A stretch of 64,000 nucleotides of DNA. Source: Lama glama (lineage: Eukaryota). The notes under the pieces were generated by a model. The model had not been told where the DNA came from. It ran no database searches and worked only from the letters and a program-made list of their open reading frames with translations. Shown here one piece after another: positions 17,333-29,065 of the stretch (positions are counted from its first letter, which is position 1; every line of letters starts with the position of its first letter). Location: assembly GCA_028534125.1 (NCBI GenBank), contig CM052832.1, forward strand, positions 8,556,001 to 8,620,000. The letters are read 5' to 3'. A program made the position numbers and the translations under genes.

Positions 17333-20193
17333 NNNNNNNNNNNNNNNNNNNNNNNNNNNNNNNNNNNNNNNNNNNNNNNNNNNNNNNNNNNNNNNNNNNN
17401 NNNNNNNNNNNNNNNNNNNNNNNNNNNNNNNNNNNNNNNNNNNNNNNNNNNNNNNNNCCGCGACTTCGGCCGCATCTGCCGAGCTCTGGCCGGGGCCACG
17501 TCCCTGGCACAGCTCAACCTTAACCTGGGCGTCGTGTCCAGTCCCAGCCGCATCAAGCAGCTGGCGGAGGCGCTGCGGACCAACCGTTCCATCCAGTCCC
17601 TCTTGTGAGTGAGCTCCCTCGCAAGGGGTCCCGGGCACTGCACCCCTCCTTGCACTCCCCCTGCCACCTCCTGTTCCTCCCCACACCCTCTTGTACCTGT
17701 CTTTGCACCAACGTACCTTCTCACCCCTTATTAGCACACCTCATTCCTCTGCCCCTGTCTCTACAACCTCCAAGCTCATGCCTCATTTCCAGATTCTGAA
17801 CTCCAGCCCCACCCCAAATGAGATGGGATACTCACCCCTTCCTGGCAGGGCCCTGTACCTCCCAACCTAATCACCCGCACTGACTTCTCTGGGACTAAGT
17901 CCCTGACCCGGCATTCTGTCCAGTGAAGAATCTTCAGCACGCCACCCACACACCCCTTCTCTGTGTTCTGATCTGGATCCCAGTCCCTGCCCAGGAAAGA
18001 AACCAAATTTCCTTTCTACCTGCATTCTTTAAAATCTAGAATTTTCTTTCTTCCCAAAGCTTCTCCCCAGTGCTGTGACTGAATGTCCTCCACACCTCTA
18101 GGGCTCATGTAAGGGAGGGCGCCCCTTCCCCCTTACAGACAGGGCTGATGACTGCAGTAACCTCTGCTCTCTGGTCCCACCCTGCAGCCTGCACGGGAGC
18201 CCCCTGACAGATGCAGGCCTGGCCTTGCTGAATCCAGCCCTGGCCCTCCACCCTGCCCTCGTGGCTCTGGACCTGGGGGACTGCATGCTGGGTGATGAAG
18301 CAATCAACCTCATCTGTGGCCTCCTTCCCCCAGACGGGGCCAAGTCTGGTGAGCAGGGCCCTGCTGAGGGTATGCGCTGCTGTGGCCTTGATGAAAAGCT
18401 AAGTGCAGAGGGCAGTGGGCCTGACCTGGAACTGAGGGCTCTGACCTCATAGGTGAGAATGTTCTTCAAATCCCCTCAGGAGAGAGAAGGATTGGGGGCT
18501 GAGCAGGATGGAGGCTCAGGAATCCAGGCTTCAGCAGGCAGGAAAGGCATGGGTCTCTAATGGCCCTGGAGCTCCATGGTGGGGGTGGGGTGGGGTGGCT
18601 CCCAGTCACTAGGGACACCCCAGAGATCTCTGGGTGGGGGAGGGGCTTGAGAAAGGCCTGACCNNNNNNNNNNNNNNNNNNNNNNNNNNNNNNNNNNNNN
18701 NNNNNNNNNNNNNNNNNNNNNNNNNNNNNNNNNNNNNNNNNNNNNNNNNNNNNNNNNNNNNNNNNNNNNNNNNNNNNNNNNNNNNNNNNNNNNNNNNNNN
18801 NNNNNNNNNNNNNNNNNNNTGGGTGAGGCTCAAGAAAGCCCCTTTTCATTCTCACCTCCCTTCATCTCCATCCAAGAACCTGGGACCATCAGTTGCTATG
18901 GTAACCCCCACACTGGAGGAGGGAAGAAAAAGGGAGGTCCTGGGAAGAAGTAGAGGAGCCACCTGTGTGGAGGACCAGATTACCAACAGGTAGATCAAAG
19001 CATCCTGCCCTGCGTCCTCCTCTCCCATTTCATCCTCCCTGTGTGCCTCAGTCTCCTATGGGAAGAAATGGGTTGAGCCCCTTAAAAGGGATAGGGGAGG
19101 GCCTGGAGGGTTCCACCCACTCCCAACCCCAAGCCATAGGGGCTCCAGCCAGGGCCTGGGAGAGGAGGGAGCTTGATGTGTGACGTAGCTGGCCCCATTA
19201 CCACTGCTGCTGTCTCACTTTAGCCACCTCTCCTGTTCCCTTCCTCTTTCCCACTCTGTCCATGGTGAGTAGGAGGGAGGTGCAGTCCCCAACCCCTACC
19301 CACCAGGTCTGTGTTACTTGGTTTTTAAACAACTGGTTGGGATAAAACTTTCAGTGGATACCAAAAAAAAAAAAAAGAGAGAAAAAAAAAAAGAAAAGGC
19401 CTCCTGGGCCTGGCTTGCTTCATCCATTCACTTGGCAGTCACAATGCTCCCCACCTGGCTACCTACCAATTGCCAGCGTTTCCTAGACTGCAGATGAGTG
19501 TGTGCTGTCTCCCCAGGTGACCACGTGGCAGGGATGCTGGCTGTAGCTGTGGCCTCCAGCCGCACCTTAGAGGTCCTAGACTTGGAGGGCACAGGGCTCA
19601 CCAACCAGTCAGCTCAGGTGAGAAGTCTTCATGTTTGGGGAAGGGCCAGGGTTTGAGGTTAGCCAGCGTGTCTGTGGACCTACCGAAGGGGTGGAGTCTG
19701 AGGAGCTGCCTTAACTGTGTTCATCCTTTTCCATACTCTTCCCCACCGCAGACCCTGCTGGACATGGTAGAAAATTACCCCACAGCTTTGCGGAGTCTGG
19801 TGTTGGCTGAGAACAGCATTAGCCCGGAGCTGCAGCAGCAGATCTGTGACCTCCTCTCTGAGGGGGAGGAGGAGGAGGAGGTGGCAGGAGGGGCTGGCGA
19901 CACGCAGGAAAGAGAGAGAGGGCGGGAGCCTACTGCCCAGAAGAGGGGCAGCAGCTCCTGGATGTGCCCAAGTGGTAAGAGCCCCAAGGGTTGTTCAGAA
20001 CCAGGTCTGAAGAGGCCTGGGACCAGAGAGTGGGTGTGGGAAACCTAGGTCACTACTCACCTATTTGTGGTCCCCAGTGGAGGAACACATGGTGGTCTGA
20101 ACACCCCTCTGCCCTTCCACAGATCCCAGCTCTCAGATGGTGCTGATGACATCAGGACTAGGGGACAGTCTGTTGGCTGAGACCGAGATGTGA
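17333..20193 (+). CDS. LRRC73: Leucine-rich repeat-containing protein 73
   Basis: Exons ~17333-17604 (ATG inferred inside N-gap 17326-17457), 18188-18348, ~18700-18822 (mostly N-gap), 19517-19617, 19752-19974, 20123-20193. RDFGRICRALAGATSLAQLNLNLG...LHGSPLTDAGLALLNP...LVALDLGDCMLGDE...LEVLDLEGTGLTNQ...GDSLLAETEM*. Confidence 0.93.
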
Positions 20194-20514
20194 CTCTCCA
20201 TTTGGGCTTCTGTGCACCTTTACATTTGTCTATGTCCCCAGCACCTTGCCCTAAATAGGGTCAGACCCTGGGGCTGGGGAAGGGAGGGTGCCTGGGCTCT
20301 GGCAGCTCCTGGCAATGTGGTGGGAGGCTCTGGAAGCTGTGACTGAGCAAAATTCTTGGGGGCACTTGAACCCAAAGCAATGCCTCTGGACTTGTTAGCA
20401 GCTCTGGCTGCAGCCCGCTGGCTCGGAAGAGATTTTATGAACTCTACAACCTGGTGTGTGGCTCTGATCACTGGGGGCTGACCGTAGGGGAGGAATTCAA
20501 ACTACCACTAGACA

Positions 20515-20528
20515 CCACTAGAGGGCAG
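20515..20528 (+). promoter_or_regulatory. CTCF consensus site
   Basis: CCACTAGAGGGCAG matches the CTCF core motif; it lies between the convergent LRRC73 and TJAP1 ends. Confidence 0.65.
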
Positions 20529-20902
20529 TACCACCCCACAGCCCAAGCTCCAGGCAGTGTCCACTGGCCCCAAACGACTCCAAGTCTGGCTCAGGTCTCC
20601 AACTGCTAGGACCCAGGGTTCTGGGATGACACCTTACATAGGTCCTGTAAGGATCATAACTAAGGTCAAGAGCCCTTAGAGCTGGGCTGGATTGGACCCT
20701 ACCTTAAGGAAAGATTCAGGGGCCCTGCCAAGTTTACCTGAGGTGCACCCTCTCCCCCTGCCTGATGCTCTGTGCCCAGGGAAGCCCCAGGCAGAGTAGG
20801 GGCAAGGGGAACCACTAGCAAAGACTAGGACATGACTAGGCCTGGGAAGAATGGCAGAAAGAATGTCATTACTAGACAAATTAGGCCATACCAGTAAAAT
20901 AG

Positions 20903-20913
20903 TTTAATTTAAT
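20903..20913 (-). terminator. TJAP1 polyadenylation signal (tandem ATTAAA on the minus strand)
   Basis: TTTAATTTAAT about 650 nt past the TJAP1 stop. Confidence 0.6.
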
Positions 20914-21566
20914 TTTAAAATAGTTATTGATGTGAAAATTTCCCAAAGGTGGGAGTAACAGTCTAGAGCCAAGGTTGGGAGCAGGGCCAGGCTTCCTAGA
21001 GCTCAGCTTGAGGCCCCTGAATCCCATCCTCCACTCCCTTCCAGAGGGAGGAAGGAAACAGCTGAGGAGAGCCCTGAGTCAGTCCTCTCCCTCATCCCCT
21101 GAGGGCCTGCTGTGCTAGGTCCCTTGAAGGCAACAGCTCGTGCAGAGGACTTGGGGGGAGAGGGAAACAGGTGAAAATAGAAATTAGAGGTTAGTAATCC
21201 CAATGACCCACGCCTCACGCCCCGGGGGGGAAAAAAAACTGGTGGATATGAAAAAAGGATGGAGGATAAACACTGATGTAATAAACCCCTCAGCTCCCCC
21301 GAACAGACCAACTTGGGCTGACGGGAAGAAAGGTCATGAGCCCAGCTGCAAGTTACCTTTGAAGAATAAATATTCCAGAAAGGAAAAACCATGAGGCAAG
21401 CTGGTATCAGTTACAGTCACTGCAGCTGAAAGGCCTGCTGTGGCCTGACCCTATTCGCACAGGGAGCAGAGTTCAAGGGCTGAGGCTGGGCGGGGACCCT
21501 GAGCTGCAAAGGTCGGGGCGCCCTGCAGCCCCAGTGCAGCAGTGGCAGAAAGCCAAGCAGGGGGCC

Positions 21567-24500
21567 CTAGTTGAGCAGGTTGCCCTGCTCCTGGGCCTGG
21601 GTCAGGCTGTCTTTGCGGTGCAGGTGGTGCACCCCCATCCTCTTGGGGCTGCGCTGGGGGCGGCTGGAGCTGGGGAGTGCCCAGGCCCTGCCCTCAGAGC
21701 GGGGAGTGCCAGGCCCCTCTTCTGTGTCACAGTCACCGGACAGCAGGCTCTGGCGCTCTTCCTCGGGGCTGACGGGCAGGTTCAGCTCTTCCTCTTCCTC
21801 CTCCCTGGGAAAGCCAGGGTCAGCTTCTGTTGGCAGTAAAAGCCCGCTTTCACCAGGTAGGGAAGAAGGTGCCTGAACCTCCTCATCTCCGTCAGCGGGG
21901 CCTAGAGCAAAGTGGCGCTGCAGCTCAGGGAGCGCATCACGTCCGAAGGCTGTGCGCTGGGCCACAGCAGCCGGGGGCGGAGTGCGGTCCACAAACGCCC
22001 GCTGCCAGCTGGCCAGCAGGTCCTCCTCAGAGCTGGCAGAGCTGGCCGGGGCGCTGGGTGTCGGGGGGGCAGGGCTGGGCTGGTGCTGGGGTGAGGCCTG
22101 GGCTGAGGCAGGGCTGCTGGGCATGGGGCTGGGGCGGGCCCGCTCTCCGCCCTCCTCCACCAGGCTCAGGGAGATGGCCTGGCGGGTGGCATACGTGCAG
22201 TTGGGCAGGGGGCTGTTGCGGGGTATCCGCACCTTATCCTCAGAGAACTCTATCACCTTGCGGCCAGAATACAGAGGGTGCGGCGGAGACGGGGTTGGGT
22301 AGGGGCTCAGCTTCTCAAAGGCTGGCAGGGGCGGCTCCTCCTCTGGGGAGCCCCCAGCAGTGCCCAGAGAGCGGCACTCCCCATTGGGTTGGGGGGTTGG
22401 GCTGCCAGGGGCTGGAGGACCGGCCAGGTCACCCCCACTCATATCCACATGCACAAAGACGTCCTCAGCCAGGGGGCAACCGGCACTGCCTGACTGGGCT
22501 GAATTGAGCAGAAGAGACTCTGGCTTCTCCAACACTCGAGCAATGACCGAGGTGGGAACCACAGCCCCCGGGGCCGGGCTGGGGGCAGTGCCCAGGCTGG
22601 CAGCCTCCTGACCACTGCGCAGATGCTTCCGAACCATGTCCTGTAGCTCACAGGGCAGCTGGGGTAAAGGAGAGAGAAGGAAAGAGAGACATGAATGATC
22701 CCAGCCTGACAGCTCTCTCCCTGGCAAAAAGTAACGGCTACCATGTATAAGGACCACAGTGTGCGGGACACTTGCTATCTATCTGTTCTTACAGCATGCC
22801 AAGGTATATCCTCATTTCGCAGATAAACTGAGACTCAACAGGGGTAAAATAACTTGAAGCTTTTGATTAACACAGCCATAATTTGAACCCAGTACTCGTG
22901 CTAAGGCCCATGTGCTTTCAAACGCCTAACTCCCCCATCCCAGCAGTACCTTCTGCCCAAACCAGGCACGAGCTTGATAATCAGTACTGATCAGAAGCCT
23001 TGGAAATACCTCCATTCCTTCTGCAGGCCTGAGCTTGGGCCTGAGCTCTGGGATCTAGAGTTTCTTCCTGGGGGCAAGAGGCCCTCTCAGTATTCTTATG
23101 GCTCATAGCTCTGGCCACTCCCTCCTGCACAGGATCCAGAAATTGAGACCCTCTCTCTGTGTCTGTTCCAGAAATACCAGTAAGGCCAGCCCCCACCCCA
23201 CCCCATCCCTAGTGATGGGCCTTTGATAGGACATAGGACACTAACCAGTGGCAGAGTTGACCAGCTTGAGAGGAAACAGGGAGGCAAGGGGATGACAAAG
23301 AGGGAGCTGAAGGCAGGAGAATGGAGAGAAGTGTAGGAACTGGAGTTAGAGGGGCCCTAAAATATGTGGACTGGCATTGGCAAGGAGGGCACCCTACTCA
23401 CATCAGCGAACTTGTGGTTACGGAAGTGGGACTTGTTGCACTTGAGGAGCTGCACAGCGAGGTTGCAATCCAGCCGGTACCGCTCCTGCAGACACAGACA
23501 GGGTTCAGAGCCCAGCCCTGCCCGGGGGAGCACAGGCGGGGAGGACCCGAGGCGCACGTACATTGAGCTCCTCCAGCTTGTTGATGGTGTTCTTGGCGTC
23601 CAGCAGCTTGTTGGTCAGCTCCACGATCTCCCAGTCCAGCGTCTTCCTATCCATCTCAGCCTTCTTGATCTGGGGCACAGGACTCATGGTGAACCCAGCC
23701 CGCACTCAGCCAGCCCTTCCTCACTTCCCCCTCCTCCCAGCCCAGAGACACAGGAAGCCACAGGTGCTAGGGCAGCCAAGGCGGACAGAGTAGACAGACG
23801 ATGGACAGACAGAAGGAGACCAGACACCTCCATAGTCCAGGCTGGCTGTGGGGTGGGGGCCTTTCTGAGCATGATCGATGGCCGCTGGGCCCAGGACAGA
23901 GTAGTCTAAGAGCTGCCCAGCCCTTGAGGGAGCTCAAGGGGCTCCACACACCAGGCGAGGCAGCTGGTACCTTAGAAGCAATAACTGTGCAAACCCAGAA
24001 GGTGGGAGGGAGCTGCAGGCTCAAAAGCAGCCTTCGGACCATCAGCTCCTGAACTAGATCCACATTCCCCTTCCCCCAGATGGCTTGGGCCTGCTACCGC
24101 TGCAGCTGAGAAGCTGTGAGCATTCAGTGGTGACCTCTGAATCAGTACCTCTGCGCAATCCAAGAGCAGCCTCCCCAACCATCCCCCAAGAGGGAGGCAC
24201 TGACTGCTGAACGGGCCTCACACGAGGAAAAGGAAAGGAGTGGGCAGAGGGCAGTGGCCAGCCCCCAGCAATTCCAGATCTCAGCTGAGGAGGAGGCCAG
24301 GGCAAGGGAGAAAACACACAAACTCAGACGCAACTGCAAAAATCCAGCTGTGGCTAAGAGAGGCCTGAGAGGAGAGTGCGGCAGCGACGGTGGCAGCATG
24401 AGGGGAAGACGAGGAGAGAAGAGAAACAGTGTGAGCATTAAGACAGTCCTGACTTGCACAGCACACTGCGGGCCCCGCCCCACCACGGCCCACCCGCCTT

Positions 24501-27500
24501 CCCAAGCCCCAGGGCAGAATGGCAGTCCCCAGGCAAGTCCCAGCCCCCGGCTATGCTCTGAGTGCAGTGCCAGCCCAACTGCCCTCCTGGACAGATTACC
24601 AGCGTGTGCAGCTTGTCCTCCAGCTCCTGGTTGGTCCTCTGGGAAGCCGTGTAGCTGTTCTGCAGCCTGTAGAGGAATACAAGGAAGACCCTTGGACAAG
24701 GTCCTATTCTTCAGACCCTGCTCAGCCCCTCCCTGATATACGATCTTGGGCAAGTCATTCTCCTCTCAGAACTTCAGTTGTCTCATCAGAATCAGATGAG
24801 CTCAGGCCTCTCTCAGCTCACCTCCTGTGAACAGGGAGGCGTGTGCATGTGTGTCCCAGCCCCTTGTCCCCACACCTGCGGAACTTGTCCTTAAACTTGT
24901 CCAGCTCCTCGCGGCTCTGGCCCAGCTCCAGCTCCAGACAGTCCTGTCCAATTTCCAACTCACGCTCCAGGGCCTCAGTGCGCCTGGTGGCCGAGGCCAG
25001 GCGTCGGCGAAGTTCCTCATTCTCCTGCTGCAAAAGCCTAGTGAGTTGAGGGGTCAAAGACAGAGGGCATCAGAGGTGGAAGGGCCAGCCATGGAGTCTC
25101 AGGTTAGATTCAGGAAGGAAGGAGTAGGAGTGACATGAGGACAGGCAGCTGCAGGCAGGGGACTCCTTGAGACTCGGCCTGAGTCGGGGGCAGCATATCC
25201 CATAGGCTTGCCAGCCATGAGAACAGCTTGGCTTGAAGGGCTGGGGAGGCAGACAGGATGGGAGAGGACAGTCCACACCCCCACCCCCTCACTGGAGAAG
25301 AAGGAGAAGACAGAAGTGCATGGGGTACAGTTCCTAGTCTGTCTCTGGTTACAACCCAAGCCAGCCGGTCACCAAGCCTCCAGCTCCAGTTTCCCCACTG
25401 CACAATCAGGCTACTCCATTATTCATTTCTGGGAAATCCAGCCCAGTGCTTGTCCTTCCCTCCAGAGGCCTCACAGGAAGGGCTACAGGAAGGCAGCTGG
25501 CACAGGAGGGCCAGGAGCTGGGGAAGGGCTCTGGCAAGAGCAGGCCCCTCAGAGCCACCCACCTCCTTGATTCCAGGTTCTCCTGTAGCCCAAGGAACAA
25601 ATCTCTTTTTCTGGAAGGAATATGCACAATATCAAGCCTCCTCCCAGAGTCCCTAAAACACCCCACGTTAACCTTTATCTCTACCTAATCCAAGGAAAAG
25701 CCCAGCCTTGCCTGGAGCTAAGAGGGACAGAGTTGAGGCAGGGCAGGCTCTTGAGCAGCAGATACTCACTTCATCCTCTCTGCGTCAGTCAGGGGCTCCT
25801 GGGCACAAAAGAACAGAAGCTTGAGGCTCAGCTCTGGACCACTGGCCTCCTTCTTGCCCCTACCCCCTCCAAACAGTCCTGGAAAGGGCCATGTCTGGAG
25901 CCCAGAGACTCTCACAGCAGAAGTGGACTGCAGGGCCCTGTAGAGATGCTGGCAATCCAGTTAACACCCAGACAAGCCCAGACTACTCTCTCCCATGCCA
26001 ACCGGAAGATTAAAGAACCCCTTCAAACCCTCACCCTCACCAGCCCCAACCCCTCTTAATCCCAGAGTCAACTGCAAATGGGTCCAGTACCCATGCTGCC
26101 TCTTCCAGGGCTAAATGAGAGGCTCCCAGCTGTTCACTGGGCTCCTCATGGGCCCTGCAAGCATGACTGAGACCTTCCAGAGAAGTCATGTGAGCTAGAG
26201 TAGGATTCTGAGCTCTGACAAAGCCCTCCAGGGCCCCCTGGGCAGACGCAGGCCCTCAGAGAGGCTTGGGAAGAACATGAATAGGGGAAGAAGAGCCTCT
26301 GGGCTCACCCTGAGTGAGAGAAGTGAAATGTCCTGCTTTTACCCTCCTGCCTAATCTTCCTCAAGACTCCATGTTGGTCATGACCCAAGAGCCAGAGCTC
26401 AGCTAACCGCAAGGAGAGCAGATAAGTGCTACGGCAGGAGGGAAATGTCAAGGGGCTCACTTCACATGGAACTGCTTCAGGATGCCAATCACAGGCAGGG
26501 CAGTGAAGTGGGCAGCCAAGCCCACAGACTGGGGAGCCACTGACACCTGGATTTGATCCTGTTCTACCACATGCTGGCTATGGTTACCTTGCCGAGCCCT
26601 GGTGGCCTCATCTACAAAACCAGGTGACTGCCCAATGAGTGGCAACAAGCTCAATCTGGCCTTTTTATTCACTCTTTTCTGAAATGAAAATAGGCAAGTC
26701 ACGGAAGGCATTTCTGCCCTGAATCTGATCAGAGCGGGCCACGGTATGCCTGACGCTTGGCACATGCCAGCTGTCTCTCAAGTTCTTTAAACATGTTCCA
26801 CGCAGTGCAACAAGGTGGAAACACAGGAGCAAGGTGAATGAACTGTAGTCCCCGTTTCCTCCTGCAGTAAGCTTAAGGAGGGAGGAGAACAGATTTGGAG
26901 AGTGTTTTGCAGGTGCCTGAAGGAGGCTTCCTAAAAACCTAACGCAGTTCCAGCAGGGAACACATATTTAATCAATGTTGGGCAGACAAAGCAAAGTGGA
27001 AGGGCTGGACTTCTGGGGACAGCAAAGAACAGCTAGTCTGGCGGGAAGGAGCTGGAGAGCCACCTCCTAATGCCCCCAGAAGGGCCACAGACTGTTCGGC
27101 CCTCCCACACCAGTGGAAGACCAGAGTCCCAGCCTCCTGCAGGTTAGGAGCCCTCAATCTGGTGGACTGCATCTTGCACAAAGAACAATACTGCATGAGA
27201 TCATTTCTGCTAAGCTACAGAGACTCTCGAATTCCCTGACACATGACAGTGCCACAGCTGTCCTCTACGAGTCTATGTGGCCCCTACCAGCACTGCTGCA
27301 GCTGAGCCCCCGAGAGTGTATCAGCAATAGCACACCCTCACCCTGACTTAGGGAACCAGACATCCCCTCAGGCAGGACAAGTCAGCCAGATCCCAGTCGT
27401 AGGGGCTGCACCTGCCAGCCAGGGCAAGGCAGGGGGCGGTGTGTGGTACTCTTGCCCACCTCCTGCTCCAGTCGGGAGCCAGGAACCTCCAACCGCAGCT

Positions 27501-27558
27501 CCCGGTGCTCAGGTGGTGCCTTGCGGTAGGGTTTCTTAGCAGGAGCCGCACTGGTCAT
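21567..27558 (-). CDS. TJAP1: Tight junction-associated protein 1 (PILT), 556 aa with the microexon
   Basis: Coding exons (minus) 27558-27460, 25798-25770 (29 nt), 25037-24876, 24666-24600, 24364-24335 (30 nt), 23669-23562, 23485-23402, 22658-21567 total 1671 nt. MTSAAPAKKPYRKAPPEHRELRLE...coiled coil...ERYRLDCNLAVQLLKCNKSHF...AQEQGNLLN*. Confidence 0.96.
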
Positions 27559-28548
27559 TCTGGGAGGTGAGGGCTTCTCAACCTGCTGAGGGGAACAAGG
27601 AATGAGGAGGCTCAGAGATGTGGCAAGAGGCCTCTGGACTGAGGGAAAAAGGATAGTAAAAGAGGAATGTAGGAGACACCAGGCAAGCACACAGGCCTGG
27701 GCCGCTGCTGGGGTCATTAGAAGGGCTGGACTCTGGTGTGTTGGTGCCCACCAGTCAGAGGCATGATGGAGAGGTGCCCAGGCCCAGCGGGAACAGACTG
27801 GGGGTAAAGGCAGGGCCTTAGGGACTGGGTACAGGGAGCGTGGACTGGGCTTGAGGAGCGGCCCACCCCTGGCCCCAGTGGGCTCGGAAGGTGGCCTCAG
27901 AGGGAAAAGCTGCTCGCCATGCACCAGTTTCCTTGACTGAACTGGGCTGAGAATGGCACCAATTTCACAGAGTTGTTATAGCAAGTATGTAAAGCAGTAA
28001 CAACTGCAGCTGGCACTTGGGAAATGTTCGATAAATGTTAGCTTAAAAAAAAGGTCACCAGAAAGTAAGGGTTTGAGGATGTGCACCCAACCCAGGCTCC
28101 CTGCAGAGGGGGCAGGGGCCTCCACGACTCTTTTCACCAGCCCCCATCAGGAGTGGCTGCCTGCTGCCCCCTCACCTGCCAGCCTCCCCAGGAGGGAGCC
28201 CAGTGGGGTGCAGGCCTCAACATACCGTCAGCCTGTCCGCAGCTCTGTCTGTTCCACTGTCCCAGAGTCAGCCAGTGGCTCTCCGCATCCCACAGCCCCT
28301 CCACTTCCTCCAGCCGATAGCTCCTGAAACCCAAGAAGGGAAGAAAGTGGAAGCCAGGTGTCAGCTGCCTGTCTGCCAGTGCTCCCACCCCGGGAGAGCC
28401 AGGCAGAAGAGCCGTGGAACAGGGGGTCTGAGGGGAAAGCAGTGGTGGCTGGACAGGACTGGAAGCACTGGCCCCCCTATGAAAGCTCTGTCACAGGGCC
28501 AGAGGAGACACATATGTGTCTGCGTCCACGTTCATGGTCTCAGCTTAC

Positions 28549-28620
28549 CACGTGCCTGACTCTAGAATAGGTCTGGTCCTGTCCTGTTCATCTCCCCCAC
28601 CTCTCAAAGTCTAGAAACAG
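28549..28620 (-). other. Candidate TJAP1 non-coding 5' UTR exon
   Basis: Good donor TG|GTAAGC at 28548 and a pyrimidine-rich acceptor ...TCTCTTAG at 28621-28622, about 1 kb upstream of the ATG exon. Confidence 0.4.
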
Positions 28621-28834
28621 CTAAGAGATTCAGGAAACATGGGTTTGCAGAAGAGAACACCAGGAAAAAGCCAAGTGGAGGCCCAAGAAGATGCCAGAAA
28701 AGCTCCTAGCAATGTTTCCAGAAGGACCCCAAAAGCTGGTTCTGTGGACAATGGTGGTGAACAGACTGGGTGTTCTGCTCTGCAATAAGGGGTAGGTCCA
28801 GGAGAAAAAAATCTGAAAAGGCAGCATTTTAGAA

Positions 28835-29065
28835 CAATGAGGGTTCTCAATCAGGGTGATTTGGTCCCCTCTCATCCCCTCCCCCGACCAGATATGTGGC
28901 AAATGTCTCAAGACATTTTTGGTTGTCACAACAGGGGTAGGTGCTACTGGCATCTAAAGGGTGGAGGCCAGGGATGCTGCTAAACATCCTATAAGGCACA
29001 GGACAGCCCCAGGAGAAAGAATTATCGGCACAAAATGTTGATAGTGCCCAGGCTGAGAAACCCTG
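28835..29065 (+). mobile_element. MER20 (hAT-Charlie) DNA transposon
   Basis: Characteristic GACATTTTTGGTTGTCACAAC...TGCTACTGGCATCTA...GAGGCCAGGGATGCTGCTAAACATCCTA...TGAGAAACCCTG, with terminal inverted repeats. Confidence 0.85.

Noticed and set aside
16847-17737. 296-aa minus-strand ORF and other long ORFs over the LRRC73 island
   Set aside because: Low-complexity Ala/Gly/Arg/Pro translations of very GC-rich DNA spanning an N-gap; stop depletion explains them.
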